DNA from: Candidatus Woesearchaeota archaeon
Lineage (GTDB): Archaea > Nanobdellota > Nanobdellia > SCGC-AAA011-G17 > JACPIM01
Direction of reading: 5' to 3'
Assembly (NCBI GenBank): GCA_043817645.1
Contig: JBDRGP010000029.1
Span: 58,226-122,225 of the forward strand
Length of the DNA stretch: 64,000 nt
The position numbers and the translations under genes are program-made. Shown one piece after another: positions 24,294 to 35,085 of the stretch (position 1 is its first letter; each line of letters starts with the position of its first letter). The notes under the pieces are model-generated. The model was given only the letters and a program-made list of their open reading frames with translations. It did no database searches and was not told the DNA's origin.

Positions 24294-25342
24294 CCAGCAC
24301 TGATATCTGGAGGATTCTTAAGGAACTCTACTAATAAACTAACTGCATTGTCGATATCATCTAAATGAGCAAGTCCTGAAGGGCTGTGCAAACCTCTTAC
24401 AGGCACTCCTACAACAGCAGAGGGTACTCCCCCCTTAGAAATAGAGATATTTATTGCATCTGTAGTTCCTCCTTCAGAGACATCAGGCTGTATTGGAATC
24501 TTTTTTTTCTTAGCTATTTTCAAAATTTGATCATCTATACAAGGACTTGAAATCATCTCCTCATCTTTGATAGTCAATGTAGGACCAGCACCCAATGTTT
24601 TTGAAGGATGTTCCAACCAATCATCACAATCAGTAACATCCACAGCTATCGCCATATCCGGTTCTATTATATAACTTGAAGTTTTAGCACCATATAATCC
24701 GACTTCCTCTTGCACTGTAAACACAAAAAACACTTCATTTTGGGGATTCTTTAATCTTTTAATAACCTCCATCAAAATATAACAACCAATCCTATCATCA
24801 AGGGCCTTACCCAATACCACCTTTCCATTACCAATTATTTCTGCATTGGGATAAAGAGAAATAAAAGAACCAATGTGCGCTTTTTCTTTTTCTAACTCGC
24901 TCTTTGATAAACCAGTATCAACAAACATATCGCGAATACCTACCTTATCACCAGCATCTAATGAACAAGAAATATTATCCGTAGTTATCACTCCCGGAAT
25001 ATCCCCTTTTCTTGTTTTGATCACAACCTCTTCATTTAATAAAACAACAGGATCCATACCACCGACAGTAGCAATCCTCACTTTCCCATCTTTCTCTATA
25101 TTTTTAATTATTAAACCAATTTCATCCATATGTGCAGCGATCATAATTTTATAGGGATTTCTTGATTTTGTTTTTTTATGAGCAATCAAGTTACCCATCT
25201 TATCAGTATTAACACTGCTAACGTGTTGCCTTATCTCTTTAGTTATGATATCTCTAACTTCCATCTCCTTTCCAGAAACCCCAAAAGCATTAATTAATTT
25301 TAATAAAGAATCATATTTTTTCATGTTGATCGCTCTCCACAT
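24290..25342 (-). CDS. M42-family aminopeptidase (TET/FrvX-like)
   Basis: 350 aa. It has MIAAHMDEIGLIIKNIEKDG and conserved Asp/Glu/His metal ligands. The reading frame overlaps the upstream gene end. Confidence 0.85.
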   Translation of the reverse strand: MWRAINMKKYDSLLKLINAFGVSGKEMEVRDIITKEIRQHVSSVNTDKMGNLIAHKKTKSRNPYKIMIAAHMDEIGLIIKNIEKDGKVRIATVGGMDPVVLLNEEVVIKTRKGDIPGVITTDNISCSLDAGDKVGIRDMFVDTGLSKSELEKEKAHIGSFISLYPNAEIIGNGKVVLGKALDDRIGCYILMEVIKRLKNPQNEVFFVFTVQEEVGLYGAKTSSYIIEPDMAIAVDVTDCDDWLEHPSKTLGAGPTLTIKDEEMISSPCIDDQILKIAKKKKIPIQPDVSEGGTTDAINISISKGGVPSAVVGVPVRGLHSPSGLAHLDDIDNAVSLLVEFLKNPPDISAG

Positions 25343-26616
25343 GTTAAATAATTACATATCTGCCCAGTATGCCTCGCTCTATCTGACTTAAACCTCTTTA
25401 TAGCCTTCTCCAAAATATTCATACCCTCATCAATTTCCTTTCTAGACACAATATAAGGAGGAATAACTCTTATTCCCTTCTCAGCACACCCTAATAAAAC
25501 CAACCCGTGCTTCAAACATTCAATAATAACATTGTTTTTCATTTTTCTTGAACTTAAATCAAATGCAACCATCAACCCTAAACCTCTCACCATAGATACT
25601 GAAGGATTACGTTCCTGTATCTCATCTAACCTCTTTTTTATATAAACTCCTTGTCGATTAATATTATTTAATAGTTTTCTTTTTTTAATTATTCTTATTG
25701 TTTTTGCTCCTACTGCCAAATCAATCAAATGCCCTCCCCCCCAAGTAGAAGAAAGAGATCCCGTTTCAACAGGAAATAATTTTTTATTAGTTACCGCAGC
25801 ACCAACTTGCAAAGCCTTACCAGAACTCATTATATCAGGTTTTAAATTAAAATTTTGAAAAGCCCACCATTTACCAGTTCTTCCCATACCAGCCTGAATC
25901 TCATCAAGAATCAATGGAATATCGTATTGTTTTGTAAAGTTTCTCAGCCCCTTCATCAATTCCTTAGGAGCAACATTATAACCACCTTCTCCTTGCACAG
26001 CCTCAACAATAATAAACCCAATCTCCTTCGCACTTAATTCTTGCGCCAATAATCTATTTAACTCATCCAAGGCCCTAGTTGTATAAGGCAATCTTTTCAC
26101 AGGGATACTAAAAAAATTCTTTTTCTGCACAGCTTTTGAATTTGTACATGACAACGCTCCAAGAGTTCGTCCATGGAAACCTGCATGAAAAGAAATTCCA
26201 AACTTGGCTTGTTTTTGTTTTCTTAAAGCAATTTTAATACAATTCTCAACAGCTTCAGCTCCAGAATTTATTAAAAAACCGGCATTCAAACCAGGGGGAG
26301 TGATTGACAAAAGTTCTTCTAATAATCTTAAGTGCTCCTCAACAACAAAATCCTGTCCAGCATACTTCACAGGCTGTTTTCTATACCTTCTAATAACCTC
26401 ATTTAATTCTTTGTTGCCATAACCCAAAGGATTCGAAGCTATCTGGCATGCAAAATCTAAAAAGGTGTTTCCATCAATGTCCTTAAAGTAACATCCCAAG
26501 CCCTCACTAGAACAGACTATAGGATAAGCACTAAAACCACCGTTTAATCTTTTTAATTTACTCAATATCTTAGACGACTTTGATCCAGGTATCTTTGTAT
26601 TTATTTGGATTTTCAT
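25321..26616 (-). CDS. Class III aminotransferase (acetylornithine/GABA aminotransferase family)
   Basis: 431 aa. It has LILDEIQAGMGRTGKWWAFQ, the PLP motif, and SSGKAL (Schiff-base Lys region). Confidence 0.85.
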   Translation of the reverse strand: MKIQINTKIPGSKSSKILSKLKRLNGGFSAYPIVCSSEGLGCYFKDIDGNTFLDFACQIASNPLGYGNKELNEVIRRYRKQPVKYAGQDFVVEEHLRLLEELLSITPPGLNAGFLINSGAEAVENCIKIALRKQKQAKFGISFHAGFHGRTLGALSCTNSKAVQKKNFFSIPVKRLPYTTRALDELNRLLAQELSAKEIGFIIVEAVQGEGGYNVAPKELMKGLRNFTKQYDIPLILDEIQAGMGRTGKWWAFQNFNLKPDIMSSGKALQVGAAVTNKKLFPVETGSLSSTWGGGHLIDLAVGAKTIRIIKKRKLLNNINRQGVYIKKRLDEIQERNPSVSMVRGLGLMVAFDLSSRKMKNNVIIECLKHGLVLLGCAEKGIRVIPPYIVSRKEIDEGMNILEKAIKRFKSDRARHTGQICNYLTCGERST

Positions 26617-26912
26617 CTCCTTTCTTTAGTCTTCTTAACCTCCAAAATTATCAACCTAATTGCCTTCACAACCATGGCAAGAGTATAAGGCACAATTATA
26701 GCAAATATTAAATTTAACAAGAATAATCCGGCACCAGTAATGTTGGGTATCAGTACATTAGGACCTAAAAGAAAAAACAACGCCTGAGCAATAATCAAAA
26801 AAATAATCAATGCAACTAAATCAGGAGCAAGTTCCCTAGCAATCCCTTTAACTACCCCCGTATGAAACGACTCTTCCTCTCTATAAACTTTTTTTACTTG
26901 TCTCTTCTTCAT
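26613..26912 (-). CDS. Small membrane protein
   Basis: 99 aa with 2 TM helices, overlapping the aminotransferase by 4 nt. Confidence 0.4.
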   Translation of the reverse strand: MKKRQVKKVYREEESFHTGVVKGIARELAPDLVALIIFLIIAQALFFLLGPNVLIPNITGAGLFLLNLIFAIIVPYTLAMVVKAIRLIILEVKKTKERR

Positions 26913-27078
26913 CTCTCTTCCTCTTTTTAATTAAAAAAAATTATCCTTTTATATTAGTTGATCTAAAATGTCCGCCCTTTTTGTATTTATTATATCTAGC
27001 TTTAGCTTTCTTGTCCTTCTTAGACTTCCTTTTCCCACCAGTGTAATCGTAATCTCCCATGTTTTAAAATAAAAAAAT

Positions 27079-27477
27079 TTATTTAAAAAGTTTTCTTGTA
27101 TCTTTATTTATGAGCAAAACCCATAACATAAACACACCGATCACAGTTCCGATTGGAAAACTAAACAATCCCAATATTGCTAGTATTATCTGTACAACCT
27201 GCGCCCACTTCTTGTACTGTAGTATTGCTTTACCTAAGTAAACATAGACTATACCCAAAACCAACATAATCACTGCGCCAAGGATCAATGCACCTCCAGT
27301 AATCTCACCAACTATGCCACTAGGTAAAATTTTAGATAAAATCCCTAAAGATGCCAATAAAGTTCCGCCTAGAAACAATAAAAGCGCACCAACTATCAAC
27401 AATGCACCATAGACATAATCTATTGTAGAAACTGCTTTAATAATTCCTGGAACTTTTTTTGTTGTAACTTTAGCCAT
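27079..27477 (-). CDS. Small polytopic membrane protein
   Basis: 132 aa with 4 predicted TM helices. Confidence 0.4.
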   Translation of the reverse strand: MAKVTTKKVPGIIKAVSTIDYVYGALLIVGALLLFLGGTLLASLGILSKILPSGIVGEITGGALILGAVIMLVLGIVYVYLGKAILQYKKWAQVVQIILAILGLFSFPIGTVIGVFMLWVLLINKDTRKLFK

Positions 27478-27496
27478 TTTTTCCTCCCTCTAATTT

Positions 27497-28951
27497 TTAA
27501 TCTATCTGAGCCTTCTGTAACTTACCACTATAATCAATATAAATAACTTTTGTCTCAGAAAACTCATGAATTCCTTCTATGCCAGCTTCTCTTCCATTCC
27601 CAGTATCCTTAACACCTCCAAAAGGCAAATGAACCTCAGATCCTATAGTTGAAGAGTTAATATAAGTAAGTCCAGTTTCAATTTCTTGAGCAGCTATCAT
27701 CGCATTCTTAATATCTTTAGTATAAATAGCAGAACTTAAACCATAACTTACACCATTACAAACTCTTATAGCCTGACCTATACCTGAAACAGGAATTAAA
27801 GAAACAACAGGACCAAAAATTTCTTCTTGGGCAATCCTCATTTTAGGTTTTACATTTGTAAATAAAGTAGGTTTAAAGAAAAATCCTTTCATATCAGCTC
27901 TTTCACCACCACATAATAACTTAGCTCTTTGTTTTTTACCAACTTGAGTGTAATATTCAGATTTTTCAACAGCTTTTTCATTAATCAAAGGACCAACATC
28001 AGTGCTTCTTTTCAAACCACTTCCCAATCTCAATCTTTTAACTCTTCTAAGTAACCTTTCTTCTAACTCTTTCTTAACTTTTTTATGAACAATAACTCTA
28101 GAAGCAGCAGTACATCTTTGCCCAGTTGTACCAAAACCTCCCCAGACAATACCATCAACAGCTAAATTTAAATCAGCATCCTCCATAACAATAATAGCAT
28201 TTTTTCCACCCAGTTCTAAACCAACTTTCTTTAGACCAGCATTAGCAACTATAAATTTCCCAGTTTCAACAGAACCAGTAAAAGACAAACCTTGTATTCC
28301 AGAATGTTTCACAATAGGCTCACCAACATCTTTAGCAGAACCAGTAACTAAATTAACAACACCTTTGGGCAAACCAGCCTCTTCTAAAATCTTAATTAAC
28401 TCAATGGCATTTCCAGGAGTATCTGAACTTGGTTTAAGCACACAAGTATTCCCGCAAATTAAAGCAGGAGCCAATTTCCACGCAGGAATGGCTATAGGAA
28501 AATTCCAAGGAGTTATCAATCCAACAACACCCAAAGGAATCCTAATGGTCATACAAAATTTATTCTTTAATTCACTTGGAGTAGTATACCCAAATAATCT
28601 TCTACCTTCCCCAGCCATGTACTCAAAAACATCAATAGCTTCCTGGACATCACCCGTAGCCTCGCTATAAACCTTGCCCATTTCAAGAACTTCAAGCTTA
28701 GCCAGTCTTTCTTTATGTTTCTTTAATAAACGAACAACCTCAAATAAAATCTCAGCTCTTTTAGGCGCAGGGGTTTTCTTCCATAATGGCAAGGCTTTCT
28801 TAGCAGCCTGAACAGCCTTATCTACATCATTTTTATTCCCCAATTGATATCTCCCAAAAGGTCTTTCATTAGCAGGATTCAGACTAATAAACTTTTTTCT
28901 AGAAGAAGAATTGACAAACTTACCACCGATATATAATTTTCCTTCTCTCAA
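27497..28951 (-). CDS. NAD(P)-dependent aldehyde dehydrogenase
   Basis: 484 aa. It has LELGGKNAIIV (catalytic Glu region), FTGSVETGKFI, and the catalytic Cys in GQRCTAASR. Confidence 0.9.
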   Translation of the reverse strand: MREGKLYIGGKFVNSSSRKKFISLNPANERPFGRYQLGNKNDVDKAVQAAKKALPLWKKTPAPKRAEILFEVVRLLKKHKERLAKLEVLEMGKVYSEATGDVQEAIDVFEYMAGEGRRLFGYTTPSELKNKFCMTIRIPLGVVGLITPWNFPIAIPAWKLAPALICGNTCVLKPSSDTPGNAIELIKILEEAGLPKGVVNLVTGSAKDVGEPIVKHSGIQGLSFTGSVETGKFIVANAGLKKVGLELGGKNAIIVMEDADLNLAVDGIVWGGFGTTGQRCTAASRVIVHKKVKKELEERLLRRVKRLRLGSGLKRSTDVGPLINEKAVEKSEYYTQVGKKQRAKLLCGGERADMKGFFFKPTLFTNVKPKMRIAQEEIFGPVVSLIPVSGIGQAIRVCNGVSYGLSSAIYTKDIKNAMIAAQEIETGLTYINSSTIGSEVHLPFGGVKDTGNGREAGIEGIHEFSETKVIYIDYSGKLQKAQID

Positions 28952-29043
28952 AAAACCACCCCTTTATACAACTAGATTACAACTTCATTCTTTATAAGTT
29001 TTATTACTAAAGGTATAAATAGGATTAAATATTCAAGGGAGAT

Positions 29044-29484
29044 ATGGAAATAGTTAGAGAGTTCCTATCTACAGTCTTCATAGTAAAAGACAGAAAAGTG
29101 TTGCTAAATCTGAATGCAAACTGCAATGTTTGGGTTCCAGTAGGTGGCCATATAAAACCAAATGAATTGCCCTGCGAATCAGTAATTAGAGAGGCAAAAG
29201 AAGAATCTGGATTGGATATCGAACTAATTTCGCCTTATGACAAATCAAAGACAAGAAATCTAATCCAACCTGTACACATACACTTGGACCATATTAAAGA
29301 GGATCATAAACATATTAACTTAGTTTATTTTGGGATTATAAAAGGAGGAGATTTCAAAGAAATAAGCGATGACAAAGCTCCTTCAAGATGGTTCTCCAAA
29401 GAAGAATTAGAAAAAGAGGGATTACTACCGAATATAAAAGAATGGGCTCTTGAAGCTCTTAATCAACTAGGGGATAAATATTAG
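29044..29484 (+). CDS. NUDIX hydrolase
   Basis: The Nudix box is GGHIKPNELPCESVIREAKEESGL. Confidence 0.75.
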   Translation: MEIVREFLSTVFIVKDRKVLLNLNANCNVWVPVGGHIKPNELPCESVIREAKEESGLDIELISPYDKSKTRNLIQPVHIHLDHIKEDHKHINLVYFGIIKGGDFKEISDDKAPSRWFSKEELEKEGLLPNIKEWALEALNQLGDKY

Positions 29485-30161
29485 TTTTCCCCAAGAATAA
29501 CCACACTCTCGAGTTCTGAATTTAATCTCTCAACATGAGAACCAAACTCAGTACGTACTTCTTCATATCTTGCCGTTGCACTTTCTAGCTCCCCATTCAA
29601 CTCACCAAGTCTTGTCTCTGCTACCCTTTTCTTAATAACATTCCCATTTGACACATAACCTTCCAACTCACCTTGACAGTTTCTAATATCTTGATTTATC
29701 CCATCAAGTGTCCTACCAGTCCCATCAAAAACAGTGTCCTCACCAAAGGTCAAAACATATTTTCCTGTTTCCTGAGAAAATGAAATCGGCGGAAGACAAT
29801 TTCTACCATTATAAGCAGTTAAGCTCTCATCTCCCTCACTAACTTTTGTTTTGCTTGTTACTCCAGTAGGATCAAGATAAAATGTTAAAGGTGAAGATAC
29901 ACCTTCTAGGAAACGTAACCAATTAGACTCTTTTAAATTCGAGTAACTCGCTATATTTGGAGAATCGCCAATTGTAACTAATTTAATTGCAGGACTTCCT
30001 GGAAGAGTCACTCCGAGGCTTAAACATAGTCCCATTATGCCTCCAAAAAGGCGTTTTTCTCCAGTTTTCCCGAACAAAGCCAATCCAACAGGCGGCACTG
30101 CTACAGCCACAGCTACTTTTCCAGCATTTTTAAGCACTTTATTTCTTGTGTCTTTTTTCAT
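29481..30161 (-). CDS. Hypothetical protein with N-terminal TM and C-terminal coiled-coil; GC-richer
   Basis: 226 aa. No recognisable family. Composition differs from its neighbours. Confidence 0.4.
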   Translation of the reverse strand: MKKDTRNKVLKNAGKVAVAVAVPPVGLALFGKTGEKRLFGGIMGLCLSLGVTLPGSPAIKLVTIGDSPNIASYSNLKESNWLRFLEGVSSPLTFYLDPTGVTSKTKVSEGDESLTAYNGRNCLPPISFSQETGKYVLTFGEDTVFDGTGRTLDGINQDIRNCQGELEGYVSNGNVIKKRVAETRLGELNGELESATARYEEVRTEFGSHVERLNSELESVVILGEN

Positions 30162-30197
30162 ACAAACCTACATAAAATAAGTTATGTAAAAAGAACT

Positions 30198-30911
30198 TTA
30201 CTCTTCAATATGCTCAGTAACCTTAATCTCACCAAACTGCTTTTCCTGAGTTAAATCTATTTTACCCTGATTTTCTAAATGCAATAAAGGAACAAAAGTA
30301 TCAATCTTATCTATTTTGTTTCCAGAAGGAGTTAATTCAGTAAAAGTAACTATAGGCCGTTTACTAAAAAATTCTTTAATTTTAGCATAAAGATTCTTAA
30401 TCAAAATAGAAATATCGGCTTTGTTTAAAGGAATCTGCGCTTCTCTTATAACTCTTTCGTCTCTTCTTCTCAAGCCTCTCTTATTCTCAACATCTAGAGC
30501 TTTTTGTAAAGCCTCCATCAAATCATTCAGATTAACCTTTCTTTTTCTTGTTTGAGGAGTCTTAACTAATAACTTAGGCACTTTCTCATCAGAATAAAAA
30601 CGCTCATCGCTATCATCGCCCAACAAATCTTCCTCAGATTGGAACAATAAACTATCAAATTCAGCTAAATTCTCATCCACCAATTTCACAGATTTTATCT
30701 TCAATAAAATAGAAGAAGCCAACACAACTTTCCCAGAAATAAAGAAATTATGCACTTCTAATTCTTTTATTTTTTTCAAATATCTTTCAGATAATAATGA
30801 GATATTTATGTCCCAGGGATCCAGTTCTTCACTTTTCACTAATTCATAAATAATAGACTGCCAAGTAATCTCATCCTCATCCATAAGCATTTCATAGATC
30901 TTATCTTGCAT
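30198..30911 (-). CDS. scpA: Segregation and condensation protein A (kleisin)
   Basis: EITWQSIIYELVKSEELDPWDINISLLSERYLKKIKELEVHNFFISGKVVLASSILLKIKS matches the ScpA N-terminal domain. It has a C-terminal winged helix. Confidence 0.75.
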   Translation of the reverse strand: MQDKIYEMLMDEDEITWQSIIYELVKSEELDPWDINISLLSERYLKKIKELEVHNFFISGKVVLASSILLKIKSVKLVDENLAEFDSLLFQSEEDLLGDDSDERFYSDEKVPKLLVKTPQTRKRKVNLNDLMEALQKALDVENKRGLRRRDERVIREAQIPLNKADISILIKNLYAKIKEFFSKRPIVTFTELTPSGNKIDKIDTFVPLLHLENQGKIDLTQEKQFGEIKVTEHIEE

Positions 30912-31126
30912 AAATCTGAAATCTAAACTTTCTTTATATATGTTATTATATATATGTTATCATCTATAAGTGGTTATCACGGAAATGTTTATAAATTGTT
31001 CCAATATCTCTAAGAGCCATATCACCTCTTTTTTCCCAGGGGATATTAGCTCAGGTTAATTTCCCCCGGGTTTTATACTCCTTAGCAGAATAATACATAT
31101 AAACTCATAAATAATCTCTCCCTAAA

Positions 31127-31408
31127 ATGGACAAAAAAACAACAATAATTTACATCCTTATAGCAATAATAATATTCTTAATCGCTTTTATAATAGCAAG
31201 CAAGTACCACCAAATCCAATTAGAAAAACAGCAATTAGCTTTCCAAGAGGGTATTAGACAAGGACAATTAAGTGAACAAAGAAACGCTTTAACTCAAATA
31301 CAAACAACAGGAACCTATACAATACCCATAATAGACGAAACCAATCAAACACAATTAATCAAATTAGGAATAATTCAACAAGCAGCCTTACCAGAAAACG
31401 AAGAGTAA
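31127..31408 (+). CDS. Small membrane protein, hypothetical
   Basis: 93 aa with an N-terminal TM and a Gln-rich tail. Confidence 0.35.
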   Translation: MDKKTTIIYILIAIIIFLIAFIIASKYHQIQLEKQQLAFQEGIRQGQLSEQRNALTQIQTTGTYTIPIIDETNQTQLIKLGIIQQAALPENEE

Positions 31409-31440
31409 TGCTTATATAATAAAGAAGGGTACTAAATAAT

Positions 31441-32307
31441 ATGGTGAATATCGGTCTTCTTGCTAACAAAACTAGACACTATAGTACCAGAAGGTTAATT
31501 GAAGAAGGAAAAACTCTAAATCAAAACATAATAAGTATAGGAACAGGAAACATATGCCTTTTTGTTGATAATCAATTAAGATACACCATCCACAGAAAAA
31601 AATCACCAATAGACGTGATATTGCCGAGATTTGGAGACAGACATTGGAATTTCTTTATGACAGTACTAAAACATTTTGAAAGAACAGGCATTCCATGCAT
31701 TAACACAAGCGAAACGATAGATATATGCAAAAATAAATACCTAACAAGTCTAGCTTTAAAAAAGAAAAGAGTCCCACAACCAAAATGCGCACTTGCTTTC
31801 TCAGAAAAAGATATGTTGACCTATATTAAAAAAATGGAAAAACCTCTAGTACTTAAATTAATAGATCAATCATTTGGCCAGGGCGTTTCAAGGATTAATG
31901 ATGACATAGAAGCAGAAGATTGGCTCGAAACAGTCCTAAGTTTCAAATCCCCAATTTACATTCAAGAATACATCCCGCATCCTGGAGAAGATTATAGAAT
32001 ATTAGTTATAAATCATCAAGTTGTTGGTGCCATGAAGAGAAAAGCAAAACCAGGTGAATGGAAAGCAAATATTGCTCTAGGAGGAACTCCTTGCCCTTAC
32101 AGACCAACTGAAGAAGTAAAAGAAATTGCAATTAAGAGCAGTGAAGCTGTTAAAGCAGGTGTATGTGGAGTAGATTTAATGATTCATGAAGGAATTCCAA
32201 AAGTCATAGAAGTCAACCACAACCCGCAATTTAAAGGTCTTGAACAAGTTTCTAAGAACATAGCCAAAGAAATAATGAAATACACCGTTAGGAAAGCAAA
32301 AAGATGA
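31441..32307 (+). CDS. RimK-family ATP-grasp ligase
   Basis: 288 aa with an ATP-grasp fold. The C-terminal motif is MIHEGIPKVIEVNHNPQFKG. Confidence 0.65.
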   Translation: MVNIGLLANKTRHYSTRRLIEEGKTLNQNIISIGTGNICLFVDNQLRYTIHRKKSPIDVILPRFGDRHWNFFMTVLKHFERTGIPCINTSETIDICKNKYLTSLALKKKRVPQPKCALAFSEKDMLTYIKKMEKPLVLKLIDQSFGQGVSRINDDIEAEDWLETVLSFKSPIYIQEYIPHPGEDYRILVINHQVVGAMKRKAKPGEWKANIALGGTPCPYRPTEEVKEIAIKSSEAVKAGVCGVDLMIHEGIPKVIEVNHNPQFKGLEQVSKNIAKEIMKYTVRKAKR

Positions 32308-32861
32308 CAAAACGGGTTTTTATGGTTCACGGTTGGGAAGGTTATCCGGAAAATCATTGGTTTCCATGGTTAAAAAAAGAACTAGAAACAAAAGGATTTG
32401 AAGTTTTTGTTCCAGCTATGCCAGATACAGATCACCCAAAAATGGGAGCATGGTTAGAACACTTAACAAAAATTACTAGAGCCCCAGATAAAGACTGTTA
32501 TTTTATTGGCCATAGCTTGGGTTGCATAACAATTCTTAGATACCTTGAAACTTTACAAGAAAATCAAAAAATTGGTGGCGTTATTTTTGTTGCTGGTTTT
32601 ACTTCCAATTTAGGGTATGAAGAACTAGAAAGTTTCTTTACAAAACCAATCAATTGGGAAGAAATAGAATCTCATTGTAGAAAGTTTGTTGCTATCCATT
32701 CTGATAACGACCCTTATGTTTCATTACATTATAGAGATTTTTTCAAAGAAAAGCTGAATGCTAAAATCTTTACCGAGCATAAAAAAGGTCACTTTAGCGG
32801 AAGTGAGGGCATTAAAGAACTCCCAGTAGTCTTAGATGAATTATTAAAGATGGCTAAGTAA
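32304..32861 (+). CDS. YdeN/RBBP9-family alpha/beta serine hydrolase
   Basis: It has VFMVHGWEGYPENHWFPWL and the nucleophile GHSLGC. 185 aa, with an ATGA overlap with the ligase. Confidence 0.65.
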   Translation: MTKRVFMVHGWEGYPENHWFPWLKKELETKGFEVFVPAMPDTDHPKMGAWLEHLTKITRAPDKDCYFIGHSLGCITILRYLETLQENQKIGGVIFVAGFTSNLGYEELESFFTKPINWEEIESHCRKFVAIHSDNDPYVSLHYRDFFKEKLNAKIFTEHKKGHFSGSEGIKELPVVLDELLKMAK

Positions 32862-32864
32862 TAC

Positions 32865-33911
32865 TCAAACCAATGAATCCCTTATCTTCACATTCCTGCC
32901 TTCTTTATTTTTTATAACCTTAAACTGGTCAGGTATAATCCTATGCTTCTTGCATCCTTTTATGCTAAGAATTGACAAAATCCGTTCACCTTTTTCCACC
33001 TTAGCCTGTATTTTTTTACTGAAGATTATACCACAAGCCTTAGCAACAATTTTATCAGTTCTCTCATCCAAAGGATTATGAACCTCTCCAAGAATCTCTC
33101 CCTTATGAACGTAACTTCCTAATTTTTTATCCATCTTAAGAATCCCCTCAACATCCGCTATATACGCATCTCTCTCAACATCTGGTACATGATACTGAAA
33201 TCTAGGCAAGATTAATTTTCCATCCGTCATATGGTGGTGCATCAATAGATTATTAATTCCCATTAAACCTACCTGAATAAACTTCTTAAACAAAACCAAA
33301 CCACCGCCTAGTTCCACTGTTAAAATAGGCACATTTAATTTCTTAAAGGATTCAATAGCCATCATTCCAGGTTTTCCTTCCCTTTCCATAATGACCTCAG
33401 TACCAAATAAAGCACCAATATCAACTGTACATCCACCAGTGCAAATCCTCTTTTTATTGATATGCACTCTTGTATGGGGGAACAAGGCACTTTCAGTACC
33501 AGAACCATGACAATCTATACCAAAACTGCACTGGGTTATTACATCTTTAAAAATCTTATTAGCAACATTATTTGACAAACTTCCATACCCCTTGCTAAAA
33601 CTTCTATTCAAATCCTGATTACCTACAATGTTTCTTCTTTCAGCACGGTATCCCAAAATATTCAAAACAGGCAGTATCACAATAGTTCCTTTTAATTTAG
33701 ATACATCCAAAGAATGAAAAAACTGTTGAACCAAGTCTATACCATTTAATTCGTCTCCGTGCATACCCCCAGAAATAAAAATCGTCTTCCCACTGCTTCT
33801 TCCAGCAGCAATATACACAGGAAGCTTAACAGGGTTTCTTTTGTATGTACCAACCCTCAAACTTCCTCTGGTTATCCTCCCTCTTTTTTCAATACAGGTT
33901 CCAACTTTCAT
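32865..33911 (-). CDS. Succinylglutamate desuccinylase/aspartoacylase (AstE/AspA, M14-like) family protein
   Basis: 348 aa. ISGGMHGDELNGIDLVQQF contains the zinc-binding HxxE-type motif of the AstE_AspA family. Confidence 0.65.
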   Translation of the reverse strand: MKVGTCIEKRGRITRGSLRVGTYKRNPVKLPVYIAAGRSSGKTIFISGGMHGDELNGIDLVQQFFHSLDVSKLKGTIVILPVLNILGYRAERRNIVGNQDLNRSFSKGYGSLSNNVANKIFKDVITQCSFGIDCHGSGTESALFPHTRVHINKKRICTGGCTVDIGALFGTEVIMEREGKPGMMAIESFKKLNVPILTVELGGGLVLFKKFIQVGLMGINNLLMHHHMTDGKLILPRFQYHVPDVERDAYIADVEGILKMDKKLGSYVHKGEILGEVHNPLDERTDKIVAKACGIIFSKKIQAKVEKGERILSILSIKGCKKHRIIPDQFKVIKNKEGRNVKIRDSLV

Positions 33912-34308
33912 TTACAAATCCGAAACTATTAAAAAGGATTATAAACCTTTATTTTCTTATAATATTTAAAGAGGTGTGTATTTTGGAACATATATTTAAA
34001 GATAACCGGGTAGAATTGTTCTTTGGAGTACTCATACTATTCCTAAGTTTTGCAGGAGTGTTAGGATATATTCCAAGGGAATTTATACTGAACGTCTATC
34101 TTCTAGTAATATTCTTTCTAGGGATCATGTTGGGGAGTATGTTAATTTTATATGCACTTCAAGATTATTTTAAAGGTGCTCCGGCCCAGAGAAACATTAG
34201 AAGAACTAGACCAAGAAGAAGGCGCCGTTAAACCCAACTAAAGGAAAAGCTTAAAAAGTACCATTTATTGAGTATCTAAATCTTCAGTAAAACATATAGG
34301 GGGTTAGT

Positions 34309-34881
34309 TTGATGGAAGAAAATCAAAGCGAAAAAGGCGCAATTACAGTCAAAAAAAGTATATTGTGGAAATCTGGCACATTTGTGTTTGCAGTATTATT
34401 CATAATAAGCTTATTTACTGGTGGATTTGGACTAAGAAATGATGAATCTGACGCAACTGGAAATGTTATAGCAAACGACCAAGCACCCAATCCAAATATA
34501 GTATCTGAAGACTGGACTGTTTTCGAAAATGAACTTCCAGCAGAAATCAAATCACAAATATTAGCATTTGATAAAGAAAATCCAGAACCTTACGAAGGGA
34601 GGATAACGGAATTTAAAAATTATGATTCCATCCCAAAGACATTAACGGTATTCTACAGTGCAGGCTGCGGATGGTGTAAGCGCTATTATCCAGTTCTTCT
34701 CGAAGCAATGGACAAATATCCTGAAATTGAGATTTATACCCTAGACCTGGGTAGCAATAGTGACGTAGGAAGCATATATGCTGTAAGAGGAACACCAGCA
34801 AATATAATTAATGGTAAATACCTAGTTAGCGGATATATGCCAATAGAGGATTTATCAGAAGTTTTAGACAAACTAAATTAA
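34309..34881 (+). CDS. Membrane-anchored thioredoxin-fold thiol-disulfide oxidoreductase
   Basis: 190 aa with an N-terminal TM. The active site is AGCGWCKRYYP (CxxC). Confidence 0.65.
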   Translation: MMEENQSEKGAITVKKSILWKSGTFVFAVLFIISLFTGGFGLRNDESDATGNVIANDQAPNPNIVSEDWTVFENELPAEIKSQILAFDKENPEPYEGRITEFKNYDSIPKTLTVFYSAGCGWCKRYYPVLLEAMDKYPEIEIYTLDLGSNSDVGSIYAVRGTPANIINGKYLVSGYMPIEDLSEVLDKLN

Positions 34882-35085
34882 TATCAATTTTTTCTTTTTT
34901 TATTCCCTTAAATATATAAGTATCATGGGAGTCTTACTGCTAAACCCGCTCATACTAGTACTGAAACTCATCACAATGTTAATGCGAAAATTGAGAAAAA
35001 ACTGGCTAAGGCTCGGGCAAAAGCGATGAAGAAATCTAGTAAGTAGAAGGAAAATTTAAAAAGAAGTATATTCCTTTATTATTTA

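Noticed and set aside
26941-27060. 39-aa very basic ORF on the minus strand (MGDYDYTGGKRKSKKDKKAKARYNKYKKGGHF...) as a ribosomal protein
   Set aside because: It does not match any small archaeal r-protein known to me (L40e, L41e, S30e, S27ae patterns are absent). It is left unannotated.
31036-31075. tRNA-like string GGGATATTAGCTCAGG within a hairpin upstream of scpA (possible split-tRNA 5' half)
   Set aside because: Only the acceptor-like and D-loop-like words are present. There is no matching D-stem 3' strand, anticodon arm or T-arm nearby, so it is probably a promoter-region hairpin.
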